From NCBI GenBank assembly GCA_046052125.1, contig JBJOMY010000001.1, positions 320,001-384,000 of the forward strand: a DNA stretch of 64,000 nucleotides, in the 5' to 3' direction. Both the position numbers and the translations under genes were made by a program. The notes beneath the pieces were generated by a model. The model saw only the letters and a program-made list of their open reading frames with translations, did no database searches and had not been told where the DNA came from. The stretch comes from Cyanobacteriota bacterium. Its GTDB lineage: Bacteria > Cyanobacteriota > Cyanobacteriia > PCC-6307 > Cyanobiaceae. Of the stretch, positions 10,221 to 22,129 are shown one piece after another; positions within the stretch are counted from its first letter, which is position 1, and each line of letters begins with the position of its first letter.

Positions 10221-11463
10221 GTTGGAGGCGGCCCGCCAGGGCGCTCTGCCCTGATCCTCGGCCCTGCAGCACCAGCTGGGCCGAGCGCCGCACCACCAGC
10301 GGTAATCCCGGAGGCAGCAGCTGCTGGGCCTCCAGGAGTGACGGCTGGATCAACAGCTGCCAATCGGCACCAGCAGGAGCCTCGAGCGGCAACGCCTGGG
10401 TGGGGCTGGGGCCAAGGAACAACAGGAGCTGATCGGCGCCCAGCCAGCGCCAGCCACCAACGGTTTCACCGTCTTCACGGCTCCAGAGCGAGAGCGCCGC
10501 AGCGGGCTGGGAGCGGCTGAGGCCCTGGCTCTCGAGGGTGCGGCTCAGGTCTTGTAGCCAGCGATCCCACAGCTCCCGCTCGCCGGGCAGCCGCACCAGC
10601 AATTGCAACCCTGCCCGGTAAGGCCCCTTGGGCTGGGAGGCCAGGCGCAGCGCAAATGGTGCCGCCTGAAGCCGCCTCACCTGTTCGCTGCCGAGGCCGT
10701 AGCGCTCGGCAAGCGTGTTACGGAGCAGGGCAGTGCTGAGAAGGCCGCGCAGCAGTAGCTCCATCCGCAGCCCACGCAGCTCCAACAACTGCGAAGGCGG
10801 AGGTGGTGCGCCCAAGGAAGGAACCCCCAGGCGATCGGGGGCCGCCTGCATCGCATCGGGGCTGGCATCCGCCTCACCCTGCCAAACCAGTGCAGAGCCC
10901 TCGCTGCGCAGGACCAGGCAGCCCTGCTGGAGCGTCATCGCAAGGGGCGCCAGCGGGCCGAGCATCTGGGCCAGAGCGGCTGGATTCCAGTGCACTGCTT
11001 CGCGTTGGAGCAGATCCTGGCTGCAGCGTTGATCCAAGCCGCGGGGCGGGCGGCGGCGCAGCTTGAGCTGTTCCTGCAGCAGTTGCCGGGCCAGGGGGCT
11101 GGGAGCCACCACGATCAGATCATCCACCCGCAGGCCATTGGCCGGGAGAGGCTCGGAGGCGTTGGCGGGAAACACCAGGTAAGCGCCGGCATCGCCGTGG
11201 GGGCCCCAGAACTGCCACCAGAAGCGACGCTGCAAACGCCAGTGGCGTTCGGCCTCCTGGGGGCCGAGGCGCTGCTGCCACAGGGCTGGGGGAGGTTGGG
11301 CCGGACGGGCGGCGAAGCTCTGGAGCAGGGCCGCATCGGGCATCAACCGATCCAGGCCGCTGGCCAGCTTGCGGGGCAACAGCAACAGCAACGCGGCTGG
11401 AGCCACCAGCAGAGCGGCGGTGGTGAGGGCCGTGACCCGCAGCGGAAAGTCCTTCAGACGCAC
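10213..11463 (-). CDS. Hypothetical protein with N-terminal TM anchor
   Basis: Long ORF; GTG 11463 overlaps the end of cofH, suggesting translational coupling. Confidence 0.7.
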   Translation of the reverse strand: MRLKDFPLRVTALTTAALLVAPAALLLLLPRKLASGLDRLMPDAALLQSFAARPAQPPPALWQQRLGPQEAERHWRLQRRFWWQFWGPHGDAGAYLVFPANASEPLPANGLRVDDLIVVAPSPLARQLLQEQLKLRRRPPRGLDQRCSQDLLQREAVHWNPAALAQMLGPLAPLAMTLQQGCLVLRSEGSALVWQGEADASPDAMQAAPDRLGVPSLGAPPPPSQLLELRGLRMELLLRGLLSTALLRNTLAERYGLGSEQVRRLQAAPFALRLASQPKGPYRAGLQLLVRLPGERELWDRWLQDLSRTLESQGLSRSQPAAALSLWSREDGETVGGWRWLGADQLLLFLGPSPTQALPLEAPAGADWQLLIQPSLLEAQQLLPPGLPLVVRRSAQLVLQGRGSGQSALAGRLQLR

Positions 11464-12695
11464 GCCGGCACAGCGCTGTAGAGCGTGGTGCGCTGACGCA
11501 CGGGGCGCTGCAGCGAACGGGCGGCAGCCTCCAGGGCATCGGCGCTCTGGGCCGTTCCGCCGAGGGCTCCGGCCGCACTGGTGATGCTCTCTTCCATCAA
11601 CGTGCCCCCCAGATCGTTGCAGCCCCAACGCAGCGCCTCGGTGGCGCCAGCGAGGGTGAGCTTCACCCAGCTGGGCTGGTGATTGACGAACCAGCGGCCG
11701 AGCAGCAGCCGAGCCTGGGCCGTGAGGGCGAGCATGTCGGTGCGGTCAGGCTGATCGCGGCCCACCCGCTGACGCAGGGGGGCAGGAGCGTGCGCGCCGA
11801 TAAAGGGGAGCAACACAAACTCGCTGAACCCGGCGTGTTGATGCTGCCAGGCCACCTGCTGCAAAGCCACCAGGGTGAGCAGATGGGCGGCGCGATGCGC
11901 CGTGGTTTCGAGATGACCAGCCATCAGCGTGGCCGTGCTCGGCAGCCCGCTGCGATGCACCTGCAGCACCACGGCGCACCACTCACGAGCCGTGAGCTTC
12001 TCAGGGCAGAGGCGCGCGCGCACCGATTCCTCCAGCACCTCCGCGGCAGTGCCCGGAATCGAGCCAAGCCCGGAGGCCATCAGTGCATCGATCACCGCTT
12101 GAAGCGGAATCTGGTCCTGCTCGGCGATAAACAGGAGCTCCTGGGGAGAGAAGGCATGCAGGTGCAGCCCAGGCGCCGCCTGCAGCAAAGCCTCCAGCAG
12201 CGCCTGGTAGTAGCGCAAGGATGAACCATCCAGCCGGGCCTCAGGATTCAGCCCACCCTGAATACACAGCTCTGTAGCCCCGAGCCCGTGGGCCTCGGCG
12301 GCCCGCTCCTGAAGCAGCTCAAAGCCATGCCAGTAGGCCCCTTCGGCGCCCGGGTCACGCCGGAAAGCGCAGAAGCTGCAGTGCTGCAGGCAGTGGTTGG
12401 TGAAATTGAGGTTGCGGTTCACCACATAGGTGACCGTGTCTCCCGCCAGCTCAGCACGCAGCTGGTCGGCCTGAAGGCGCAGAGCCTCGCTGGCCGGCTG
12501 CCGCAACAGCTGTTCAGCCAAGGCCACGGCATCAGGGCCGGTGGGGCAGTGATCCAGCTGTTCCGCGAGCTGGCTCTGGAGCGCTTCGCCCCAGCCGTTG
12601 GACCCAGCAGCATCAAGCGCGGGCGGCACTTGGGCCAACACGGCTTCAGAGGTCAGCCAGGCCCAGGGGTCAAACGACTCCCAAAGCTGGCTCAC
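11454..12695 (-). CDS. cofH: FO synthase subunit CofH-type radical SAM protein
   Basis: VTYVVNRNLNFTNHCLQHCSFC (CxxxCxxC), CIQGGL, HAFSPQE, PGTAAEVL, NDLGGTLMEESI, RQRTTLY. Confidence 0.88.
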   Translation of the reverse strand: MSQLWESFDPWAWLTSEAVLAQVPPALDAAGSNGWGEALQSQLAEQLDHCPTGPDAVALAEQLLRQPASEALRLQADQLRAELAGDTVTYVVNRNLNFTNHCLQHCSFCAFRRDPGAEGAYWHGFELLQERAAEAHGLGATELCIQGGLNPEARLDGSSLRYYQALLEALLQAAPGLHLHAFSPQELLFIAEQDQIPLQAVIDALMASGLGSIPGTAAEVLEESVRARLCPEKLTAREWCAVVLQVHRSGLPSTATLMAGHLETTAHRAAHLLTLVALQQVAWQHQHAGFSEFVLLPFIGAHAPAPLRQRVGRDQPDRTDMLALTAQARLLLGRWFVNHQPSWVKLTLAGATEALRWGCNDLGGTLMEESITSAAGALGGTAQSADALEAAARSLQRPVRQRTTLYSAVPACV

Positions 12696-12874
12696 CGCAG
12701 CGCCTTGGCTTTGGAGCGAGGACGCACCGGAGTGGGTTGCTGGCGGCGGCGACGATCACGCCATTCCACCGTGGAGAGGTAGATCACACCACCGCTCACA
12801 AACACCAGCAACAACGCCGCAAGGATGGCCAGCACGTTGTTGAGCGTGAGGCCACCGACAACAACGTCGCTCAC
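12692..12874 (-). CDS. Small single-TM cyanobacterial protein
   Basis: One hydrophobic helix followed by SGGVIYLSTVEWRDRRR; tightly packed between petN and cofH. Confidence 0.75.
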   Translation of the reverse strand: MSDVVVGGLTLNNVLAILAALLLVFVSGGVIYLSTVEWRDRRRRQQPTPVRPRSKAKALR

Positions 12875-12876
12875 GC

Positions 12877-12978
12877 TCAGAAGTTGATGGAGCCGTCGCC
12901 GTTACGGCCCCAGACCACCATGGCGATCGAGAAGGTGAAGACGGCGCACAGGGCGGCCCAACCCACGGTGACCAGCAT
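12877..12978 (-). CDS. petN: Cytochrome b6f subunit 8 (33 aa; not in the ORF track)
   Basis: Hand translation [33 protein letters not shown]. Confidence 0.96.
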   Translation of the reverse strand: MLVTVGWAALCAVFTFSIAMVVWGRNGDGSINF

Positions 12979-13054
12979 GGAGCTGTTGCAAATGTGCCAG
13001 GAGTGTAGCCAGCGCTGGGGGCCAGACTGAAGCCCCCAAGCGGCTTGTGATCAG

Positions 13055-13336
13055 ATGGCACAACAGGCGGTGAAGGAGCGGCAGCGGGTGCAAGTCCCCT
13101 ACCCCAATGGCCGCGTGATCGTGCTCGATGACGACCACAACACCTTTCAACACGTGGTGGATGTGCTCGTGCGCTACATCCCGGGCATGCATCCGGACCG
13201 AGCCTGGGAGCTGGCCCACCAGATCGATGGCGAGGGATCAGCGGTGGTGTGGAGCGGTCCCCTGGAGCAGGCGGAGCTCTATCACCAGCAGCTCGGCGCC
13301 GAGGGGCTCACGATGGCTCCGGTGGAACGCTGTTAG
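13055..13336 (+). CDS. clpS: Clp protease adaptor ClpS
   Basis: VIVLDDDHNTFQHVV...AWELAHQIDGEGSAVVWSGPLEQAELY. Confidence 0.93.
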   Translation: MAQQAVKERQRVQVPYPNGRVIVLDDDHNTFQHVVDVLVRYIPGMHPDRAWELAHQIDGEGSAVVWSGPLEQAELYHQQLGAEGLTMAPVERC

Positions 13337-13358
13337 GAAACAACAGGCAGCCGCGCGC

Positions 13359-13583
13359 TCAACCGCGGCTGTGCAGCAGCAGGTTGAACAACGGCCGCGT
13401 GCTCAGCCGCCTCGACTGGGCATCGAGTACGTAGCTGAGGATCCGGCCCGAACACACGGCCAAGCCCCGCACCCGCTCTTCCCCGTGTTGCTCAAGGGAG
13501 ATCAGCTGTGTGTGAGATCCCAGTTGGCGCAGCAGCTCCCGCCGAACGAGCTCATGCCTCTCAGGATGTGCCCGGGCTGCCAT
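13359..13583 (-). CDS. Small hypothetical protein
   Basis: 74-aa ORF filling the gap, divergent from the next gene. Confidence 0.55.
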   Translation of the reverse strand: MAARAHPERHELVRRELLRQLGSHTQLISLEQHGEERVRGLAVCSGRILSYVLDAQSRRLSTRPLFNLLLHSRG

Positions 13584-13648
13584 GGGGGCTGATCAGGGAT
13601 CAAAGGTTTAGCAGCAATGCCTAGGGTTGACGACCACTTGCAGCAGCC

Positions 13649-13927
13649 ATGGGCCGGCTGGTGATCACCCACAGCACCTACCTGGAGGGTCTGATCCCGC
13701 TGCTCAAGCGGCTGGTGCGTGATCCGGCGATCGACACGATCACTCCAGCCGTGATTGCGCGGGTGAAGGGCCGCGCGCCGGAACTGCGGCTGCGGGTCTC
13801 CACTCCAATCACCGGCGGCTGGAAGCTCGTGGCCCGCCGCGGCAGCAGCGCCCAGGAGGTGTTCATCGTGACCGGCCTCGAGGCCCCCGAACTTGAGCAG
13901 CGCATTGAGCAGGCCCTCAGCCGCTGA
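13649..13927 (+). CDS. DUF2103 family protein
   Basis: MGRLVITHSTYLEGLIP...ITPAVI...ARRGSSAQEVFIVT. Confidence 0.85.
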   Translation: MGRLVITHSTYLEGLIPLLKRLVRDPAIDTITPAVIARVKGRAPELRLRVSTPITGGWKLVARRGSSAQEVFIVTGLEAPELEQRIEQALSR

Positions 13928-13932
13928 AACGA

Positions 13933-14365
13933 TCAGCCACTGAACCGCTCGCTCCAGATCGGAAACTCCGGCAGCAACGCCTGTAACTGCTGATTGGGCC
14001 CCCGATAGAAGGTTTCGAGGTGCTGTTTCACCTCCACCGGGATCTCGGCTTTGGCCCGGCCCACGTTCTCTGCAGCTGAAGCTAGAGGCAGCGGCTTGGG
14101 ATCCAGACCCAGAAAACGCTGCACCTGCGCGTAGGCCTCTTCCGGATCAGCGAAAAAGTCTTCACTGCGCAACACGAGCAACTGCTCCCGCGGATAAAAC
14201 CGCAGCACCTGCTGGATCTGCTCCGCGTATAGCCCACGCCGTTTGTAGTGATTGGGCTTGCCCTGGCCCGATGGTTCGGAGCTCATCAAGGCCTCAGCCG
14301 GGGAGTGCTGTTCCACGCCGCGTTGCACCTGATGGCCGTGGTGGATGTGTGGGGTGATGGCATCA
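13933..14365 (-). pseudogene. C-terminal fragment of a PAPS-dependent sulfotransferase
   Basis: YKRRGLYAEQIQQVLRFYPREQLLVLRSEDFFADP...VQRFLGL...LETFYRGPNQQL matches the sulfotransferase C-half; no N-terminal PAPS-binding K-x-G-T loop. Confidence 0.65.
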
Positions 14366-14452
14366 ACAAGCTGGCCACGCTGGCGGTGACCAACTTCGCG
14401 GTTTACGACAACCTGTTTGGAACCTGAGCCGGCCACGGGCTGAGCGCACACC

Positions 14453-14704
14453 ATGGCCCCAGTTGTGGCTGACGTTGTGCGCTCCTCTTTAGCTCTGGCG
14501 GTGACCAGCGTGCTCGCCTTAAGCGGCGCAACGACAGCACAGGCGGTCAGCCTTGATCAGGCCTGCCAAACATTCGCCAGCAAACTCAGCGCAGCCCAAG
14601 CCTCTGGCGACAAGGACAAAGCGCAAAAGACTTACACGCAGGGCAGCAAACGCATCGCCAGCAAATTCAATGGCGCCACGTGCCCGAACGTGAAAGCGCC
14701 CTGA
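14453..14704 (+). CDS. Small exported hypothetical protein
   Basis: Signal peptide ending AQA, two Cys. Confidence 0.65.
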   Translation: MAPVVADVVRSSLALAVTSVLALSGATTAQAVSLDQACQTFASKLSAAQASGDKDKAQKTYTQGSKRIASKFNGATCPNVKAP

Positions 14705-14717
14705 ACGAGATTTGGGT

Positions 14718-14891
14718 GAACCGCTGTGCCGTTCTGCCCCAGATTCCGACCTGGATAAACCAGAAGGGGAGTCAAAGCGAAGATTCGTTTCCGGCTACGA
14801 GGCCGGTCTACGGCACTGTCGCGACAGACGCCCCAAGTCGAAAAGGGAGTCAGATCAGAAAACTGTAGAAGGCAGTCACCAACACAGCAGT
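14718..14891 (-). ncRNA. ssrS: 6S RNA (cyanobacterial SsaA/Yfr7 type)
   Basis: 5' ACUGCUGUGUU pairs with 3' GGCACAGCGGU around a ~175-nt rod; immediately downstream of purK on the same strand, the known cyanobacterial locus. Confidence 0.9.
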
Positions 14892-14902
14892 CCGCAGAAA
14901 TC

Positions 14903-16159
14903 CTAGACCGCCTGAGCGGGTGGCAACGGCCAGATCTGCCGCACTTGATCGAGGCGTTGCATCGCCTCCTGGCGGCGTGCTTCAGGCTCGCTTTGGCGCA
15001 GCAGCACGGTCACGTGGCCCAGCTTGCGACCCACAGATGAGCCGGCCTTCCCATACCAATGCAGATGGGCATCCGCCAGGTTGCTGAGGGCCTGGCGCTG
15101 ATCCTGATACTCAGCCGCAGGGTCATCGCCGTTGCGCTCCTCAAACCCCAGCAGATTCACCATCAAGGCTCCCGGTGCCACCAAGGCGGGTTCAGCAACA
15201 CGCTCACCGGCCACACAGGTGAGCTGCAGATCGAACTGGCTCTGGGTGCAGGCCTCAATCGAATAGTGGCCGGAGTTGTGGGTGCGAGGCGCCAGCTCAT
15301 TGATCATCAAGCCGCGGGGGCCGTAGAAAAACTCGATCGAGAGCACCCCCACGTAATTGAGCGAGGTGAGCAGCGAGGCGGCCATGTTGCGCACGGATTG
15401 CTGCAAAGCGTGGCTCGCTTCAAAAGGGGCGAGAACCCAATCGCACACCTGCTGATGTTGATGGGTCTGCACCACCGGCAGACACACCACATCCCCCGAT
15501 TGATCGCGGGCGGCCACCACCGCCAGCTCCAGCTCGAAGCTCACGAACTCCTCAACGATCCAGTTCAGAGGATCGACGCGTTGCAGCAGATCCTCGAGGT
15601 CGGCATCGCTGCGCAGCACCGCCGTGCCCTTGCCGTCGTAACCGCCACTGGCGGCCTTGGCCATCAGGGGGTAGGCAAACCCCTGGGGAAGAAGCGATGG
15701 CTCCTCGGCTTTGGCTTGTGCCTGGTGATCCGCCTGATGGTGCTCATCGGCGGAGGGATCCTCCGGCTCATTCACCTGTTGCAGAGGGAACCAGGCCGGC
15801 GAAGGGAGGTTGAAGCGATTCAGCAATTCACGCTGGCTGCGCTTGCAAACCAGCGGAGCGAGGGCATTGAGATCGGGCAGAAAGCACACCCCATCGGAGG
15901 CCAGCGGCGCCAGCCCCTTGAGGTCCACCCATTCGTTTTCAAAACTGATGGCGCTGCAACGGCTGGCCAGCTCCCGGGTGGCCTGCACATCGCGCACATC
16001 GGCCTGCACCACACTGGTGGCCAAGGCCACAGCAGGGTCGTGGACGCCGGGGGTCTGCACATGCAGCTCCACGCCGCGGCGACGGGCAGCCTCAGCCAGC
16101 ATCCAGGCCAGTTGACCGCCGCCCACGATTCCAACTGATCTGGCAGCGCCCATGCGCAT
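14903..16159 (-). CDS. purK: N5-carboxyaminoimidazole ribonucleotide synthase
   Basis: GIVGGGQLAWML, SFENE, GGYDGKG, NELAPRTHNSGH, GRKLGHVT. Confidence 0.96.
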   Translation of the reverse strand: MRMGAARSVGIVGGGQLAWMLAEAARRRGVELHVQTPGVHDPAVALATSVVQADVRDVQATRELASRCSAISFENEWVDLKGLAPLASDGVCFLPDLNALAPLVCKRSQRELLNRFNLPSPAWFPLQQVNEPEDPSADEHHQADHQAQAKAEEPSLLPQGFAYPLMAKAASGGYDGKGTAVLRSDADLEDLLQRVDPLNWIVEEFVSFELELAVVAARDQSGDVVCLPVVQTHQHQQVCDWVLAPFEASHALQQSVRNMAASLLTSLNYVGVLSIEFFYGPRGLMINELAPRTHNSGHYSIEACTQSQFDLQLTCVAGERVAEPALVAPGALMVNLLGFEERNGDDPAAEYQDQRQALSNLADAHLHWYGKAGSSVGRKLGHVTVLLRQSEPEARRQEAMQRLDQVRQIWPLPPAQAV

Positions 16160-16214
16160 GAGTGCTCAATGGCTCAATGTCGCATCCGCGGGGGCTGGGC
16201 GGAAGCGGGCGGGC

Positions 16215-17111
16215 TCAGCTGAAACCTTTATCGCCGGCAAAGGCAAAGCGCACCAGGCTGAGCAGCAGCACGATCACAAACAGCGCCAGGCCCACCGTGC
16301 AGGCGTAGCTGATCTCCAACTCGGCGAAGGCCTGGTCGTAGACGTAATACACCAGGGTTTTGGTGGCATCAGCAGGACCGCCCTGGGTCATCAGATACAC
16401 CTCCTCAAACACCTTGGTGGCCGCGATCGCTGAGATCACCGCCACCAAAGTCACGTAGGGGCGCAGCAGCGGCAGGGTGATGTCGAGGTGTTTGCGCCAT
16501 CCCTCACTGCCATCCAGCTCGGCCGCTTCATAGAGATCAGCGCTGATCCCCTGCAGGCCAGCCAGGAAGATCACCATGTAGTAGCCGAGTCCCTTCCAGA
16601 GGGTCACCACCATCACCGAGGGCAGCGCCAGCACGGGGTTGGTGAGGAAGCCGATGGGCTCAAAGCCATTGGGCAGGAGCGCGCTGAGCCAACCGTTAAT
16701 CAGCCCGGTTTCGGCATAGAGCCAGCGGAAGGCGATGGCGGCCACCACGATCGACACCAGTACCGGCGTGTAGAAGGCGGCGCGGAACCAGTGGATCCCC
16801 GGCAGCGAGCGGTTCACCAGCACAGCCAGAGCAAGGGAGCCGAGCACCACCGGCGGCACCACACCCACGAGATAAAGAAGCGTGGTGCCCAGCACCTTGA
16901 AGAACATCGGATCGGCCAAGAGCCGCCGGATGTTGGCCAGACCCACAAACCGCAGCGGCTCGCTCACATCCAGGCCGCTCTGGGTGAAGCTCATCACCAG
17001 AGCCATCGCCGCGGGAATCAACACCGAGAGGGCGATCAGCGCCAGCCCCGGAGCGAGGAAGCCCCAGGCCGTTGCGGTTGCGTTGCCGGTGCGAGGGGAA
17101 GGCTCAGACAT
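16215..17111 (-). CDS. Carbohydrate ABC transporter permease
   Basis: EAA loop [15 protein letters not shown], multiple TM helices. Confidence 0.9.
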   Translation of the reverse strand: MSEPSPRTGNATATAWGFLAPGLALIALSVLIPAAMALVMSFTQSGLDVSEPLRFVGLANIRRLLADPMFFKVLGTTLLYLVGVVPPVVLGSLALAVLVNRSLPGIHWFRAAFYTPVLVSIVVAAIAFRWLYAETGLINGWLSALLPNGFEPIGFLTNPVLALPSVMVVTLWKGLGYYMVIFLAGLQGISADLYEAAELDGSEGWRKHLDITLPLLRPYVTLVAVISAIAATKVFEEVYLMTQGGPADATKTLVYYVYDQAFAELEISYACTVGLALFVIVLLLSLVRFAFAGDKGFS

Positions 17112-17168
17112 GCAGCCAGCCGTGATCGCGCCATTGTGGGAGATCCTTCTCGATCAGCCAGTCGCCTG

Positions 17169-19007
<1,839 letters not shown>

Positions 19008-19043
19008 ACGGCCGATAGCCTCAGGCGACACCAGCGTTGTTCC

Positions 19044-20162
19044 ATGAGCGCCACGGCCGCCGCGATCCGCACCATCGAGGTGGCACTCAGCGCCAACCCC
19101 TACCCGGTGCTGATCGGGCGCGGTGCGCTGAACAGCCTCGGCGAGCAGATCCGTGCCCAGGGAATCAAGGCCGGCACCAAAGTGCTGGTGGTGACCAACC
19201 CCGTGGTGAACGATCACTACGGCGCCACCGCCATGGCCAGCCTGGAGGCGGCCGGCTTCAGCGCCAGCCTGCTGGTGATCGAAGCGGGTGAAGACCAAAA
19301 AACCCCGGCCACCGTGGCCCAGATCCACGACGCCGCCTTTGCGCGCAAACTCGAGCGCGGCTCCCTGATCGTGGCCCTCGGTGGCGGTGTGGTGGGTGAC
19401 ATGGCGGGGTTTGCCGCCGCCACCTGGCTGCGCGGCATCGCCGTGGTGCAGGTGCCCACCACCCTGCTGGCCATGGTGGATGCCTCGATCGGCGGCAAAA
19501 CCGGGGTGAATCACCCGGGGGGCAAAAACCTGATCGGCGCCTTCCATCAGCCGCGCCTGGTGCTGATCGATCCAGACACGCTCAAAACCCTGCCGGAACG
19601 GGAGTTCCGCGCGGGGATGGCCGAGGTGATCAAGTACGGCGTGATCGGCGACGCCGAGCTGTTCCGAGAGCTAGAGGCTGCTGGCGAGCGACTGGCCTCC
19701 ATGCAAACCCTGCCCTCCGAGCTGCTGCAAAGCGTGCTCGAGCGGTCCGCTGCCGCCAAGGCGAAGGTGGTGGCCGCCGACGAACGGGAGGGCGGCCTGC
19801 GGGCGATCCTCAACTACGGCCACACGCTCGGCCACGTGGTGGAAGCCCTCTGCGGCTATGGCACCTATCTGCACGGCGAAGCTGTGGCGATCGGCATGGT
19901 GGCCGCCGGTGAACTGGCCCTGGAGCTGGGCCTGTGGAGCGCTGAAGAACAACGCCGCCAGCGGGACGTGATTGCGGCGGCCGGCTTGCCGCTCACCTGG
20001 CCGGATCTGGAGCCGGCAGCCGTGCTCGAGTGCCTCCAGGGCGATAAGAAAGTGCGCGATGGCTGCGTGCGCTTCGTGCTGCCCACGGCTCTCGGCCAGG
20101 TGGAGATCCGCAGCGACGTGACGGGTGATCAGGTGCTCGCCGCTCTGGAGCGCTGCCGCTAA
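19044..20162 (+). CDS. aroB: 3-dehydroquinate synthase
   Basis: [43 protein letters not shown]. Confidence 0.97.
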   Translation: MSATAAAIRTIEVALSANPYPVLIGRGALNSLGEQIRAQGIKAGTKVLVVTNPVVNDHYGATAMASLEAAGFSASLLVIEAGEDQKTPATVAQIHDAAFARKLERGSLIVALGGGVVGDMAGFAAATWLRGIAVVQVPTTLLAMVDASIGGKTGVNHPGGKNLIGAFHQPRLVLIDPDTLKTLPEREFRAGMAEVIKYGVIGDAELFRELEAAGERLASMQTLPSELLQSVLERSAAAKAKVVAADEREGGLRAILNYGHTLGHVVEALCGYGTYLHGEAVAIGMVAAGELALELGLWSAEEQRRQRDVIAAAGLPLTWPDLEPAAVLECLQGDKKVRDGCVRFVLPTALGQVEIRSDVTGDQVLAALERCR

Positions 20163-20174
20163 GGGCCGCAGCGA

Positions 20175-20852
20175 TCAAGCGATCGAGCTCACCGCTCGAG
20201 CGATCAACACCGTGAGGATCAGGATCGCCAGCAACACCTGCAGCGCCATCACCAGCTTGGCGGGCCTGGAGATCAGCGCCTCACTGGTGGGGCCGTAGGT
20301 GGAATTCACATTGAGCGAGATAAACAAATAGTCAATTAAGTGAGGGAAAGGCGGTGCTTCGCCTTCACGACTGGGCCAGACGAAAGCCCCACCAGGTGTG
20401 CTCACATCAAGGAATACATAAATGAACATGAACACCAGCACGCTCTCCATGTACACCGCACCCACATCCCAGAGGCTGGCCAACCCACCCCCTTTGTGAT
20501 GGCCGGCAGTGAAAATCATCGCGAACACATTGGCGATCACCTGCAGCACGGAAAAGCACAGATACACAAGCCCCCAGCGAAACAGGGGCTTGCGATGGCC
20601 CCGTAGTAAGGCCACCACAAGCCCCAGGGTGACCACCACAAACAACACCGTGCCGGCGCGCTCCACGTTGGCCACCAGTCCCTTGAACGACGGCGCAATC
20701 ACCTGATCCTGTTCGAGGTGATGGGCCAGCAGCAGATCCATGATCCACACGGTGGTGGTGGCCACAATCACCGCGATCCGCCCGCGGCCGTGGGTGAGCC
20801 GCTCCCGCAGCAGATCAGCAGGAGAAGCGTTCCTCTGATCCATGGAGATCAC
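20175..20852 (-). CDS. Polytopic membrane protein, DUF1345-like C-terminus
   Basis: Multiple TM helices; P-H-L-I-D-Y-L-F-I-S...STYGPT...SRPAKLVMALQ...ARAV. Confidence 0.6.
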   Translation of the reverse strand: MISMDQRNASPADLLRERLTHGRGRIAVIVATTTVWIMDLLLAHHLEQDQVIAPSFKGLVANVERAGTVLFVVVTLGLVVALLRGHRKPLFRWGLVYLCFSVLQVIANVFAMIFTAGHHKGGGLASLWDVGAVYMESVLVFMFIYVFLDVSTPGGAFVWPSREGEAPPFPHLIDYLFISLNVNSTYGPTSEALISRPAKLVMALQVLLAILILTVLIARAVSSIA

Positions 20853-20884
20853 GCTGTGAGCCGCACCCCCGCAGGATGCAGCGC

Positions 20885-22081
20885 TCAGCCCAGCGGTGGA
20901 TCATTCAGAAACAAAGCGCTGTTGATCGGTGCGGCGGTGCCGTCGTCCCTTGCAAAAGCCACCCAACGGAAATCACCGAGGGTGTGGGGGTCCACCAGCC
21001 GCAGCAAAGCCTCACGGCGCGCCAACAGATTCGCCAGTTCGCCCGCAGGCTGCTGCTGCAACGCATGCAGCCGTTGAGCCAAACCGAGCGCCAGCAGGGC
21101 TTCCCCCTGACGCCGCTGCCCGAGGGGCTGCCAGCCATGGGCGGCCGCCGCCGCTTCCAGGCTCTCTAAGCAGAGGTGGGCCGTGAGATCCCAGTGGCCC
21201 GGCTCCTGCAGCGGATCGTCGCTGGCCTGTTGGCGCCGGTAGGCCATCAGGGTGCCGTTGCTGCGCTGCGGGGCGTAGTAGCGCCACGCCTCGTGGGCGT
21301 AATCGATCACCAGCAACACGCCCGAGCGCAACCCAGCTGCTGCCTGCTGCAGCCAGAGACCAAGCTCCGGATGCAGTTCTGTGCACCAGCCCGGGGGCCG
21401 CTGAGAGCCTGCAGGGGAAAGGCCCAAAGGCGCGAGTTGCGCGTTGGCTTCGGGGTCCAGGGGCTCGCCGGGCTCGAGCCGCAGCGAGGGCCCAGCGGCC
21501 GGATCCTCGTGTAGGGCCACCCGTTGGCTGCGCCAGAGAGCCCCGTCCCACTCGATGCGCTCCACCGCCAAGGCATCGAGCACTTCATGGGCCAGCAGCA
21601 CACCAGCCACCGGCTGAGCAGCCAACGCCTCGGCGCTGAGCCAGCGGCAGGGCAGTGGTGCCTCCGCCAAGCGACGCCGCTGCCGCTCGGCCATGCCGGC
21701 ATTGGGCTCGATCAACACCAGCGTGGTGCGAGCAGCCAGATGGGGCCAGCCCGCCGCCAGCTGCTCCGCAAGCTGCAGGGCCAGATCCCCCTCGCCAGGA
21801 CCGGCCTCCACCAGAGCCAAGGGCTGATCCGCTGGTTGCTTCTCCAGCCATTGGGCAATCTGTGGCGCCAGCAGGGCAGCGAAATCGGGCCCGAGGGATG
21901 GGGAGGTGGCGAAATCGCCACGGGGGCCCACCTGCAGGCGGCCACTGCCGTAGGCGCCGTGTTGGGGGTCGTGCAGGGCCCACTGCATGTAGATACGAAA
22001 GGGCACTGAGCCACCAGCGGCCTGCAGGCGCTCCGCCAGCCAGGGCGGAGCGGGATGGGAGCGCGCGGCGCTGGAGGTCAC
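20885..22081 (-). CDS. SAM-dependent methyltransferase, MidA/NDUFAF7 family
   Basis: GDFATSP, EAGPGEG, HEVLDAL, IDY, DLTAH. Confidence 0.9.
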   Translation of the reverse strand: MTSSAARSHPAPPWLAERLQAAGGSVPFRIYMQWALHDPQHGAYGSGRLQVGPRGDFATSPSLGPDFAALLAPQIAQWLEKQPADQPLALVEAGPGEGDLALQLAEQLAAGWPHLAARTTLVLIEPNAGMAERQRRRLAEAPLPCRWLSAEALAAQPVAGVLLAHEVLDALAVERIEWDGALWRSQRVALHEDPAAGPSLRLEPGEPLDPEANAQLAPLGLSPAGSQRPPGWCTELHPELGLWLQQAAAGLRSGVLLVIDYAHEAWRYYAPQRSNGTLMAYRRQQASDDPLQEPGHWDLTAHLCLESLEAAAAAHGWQPLGQRRQGEALLALGLAQRLHALQQQPAGELANLLARREALLRLVDPHTLGDFRWVAFARDDGTAAPINSALFLNDPPLG

Positions 22082-22129
22082 AACGGGATGCAGGGCTCAG
22101 GGAGAATGCCCGCCACTGAAGCAGGCGCC

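Noticed and set aside
16488..17168. Apparent 227-aa N-terminal extension of RecQ
   Set aside because: Antisense to the sugar permease; RecQ similarity begins near ATG 17169
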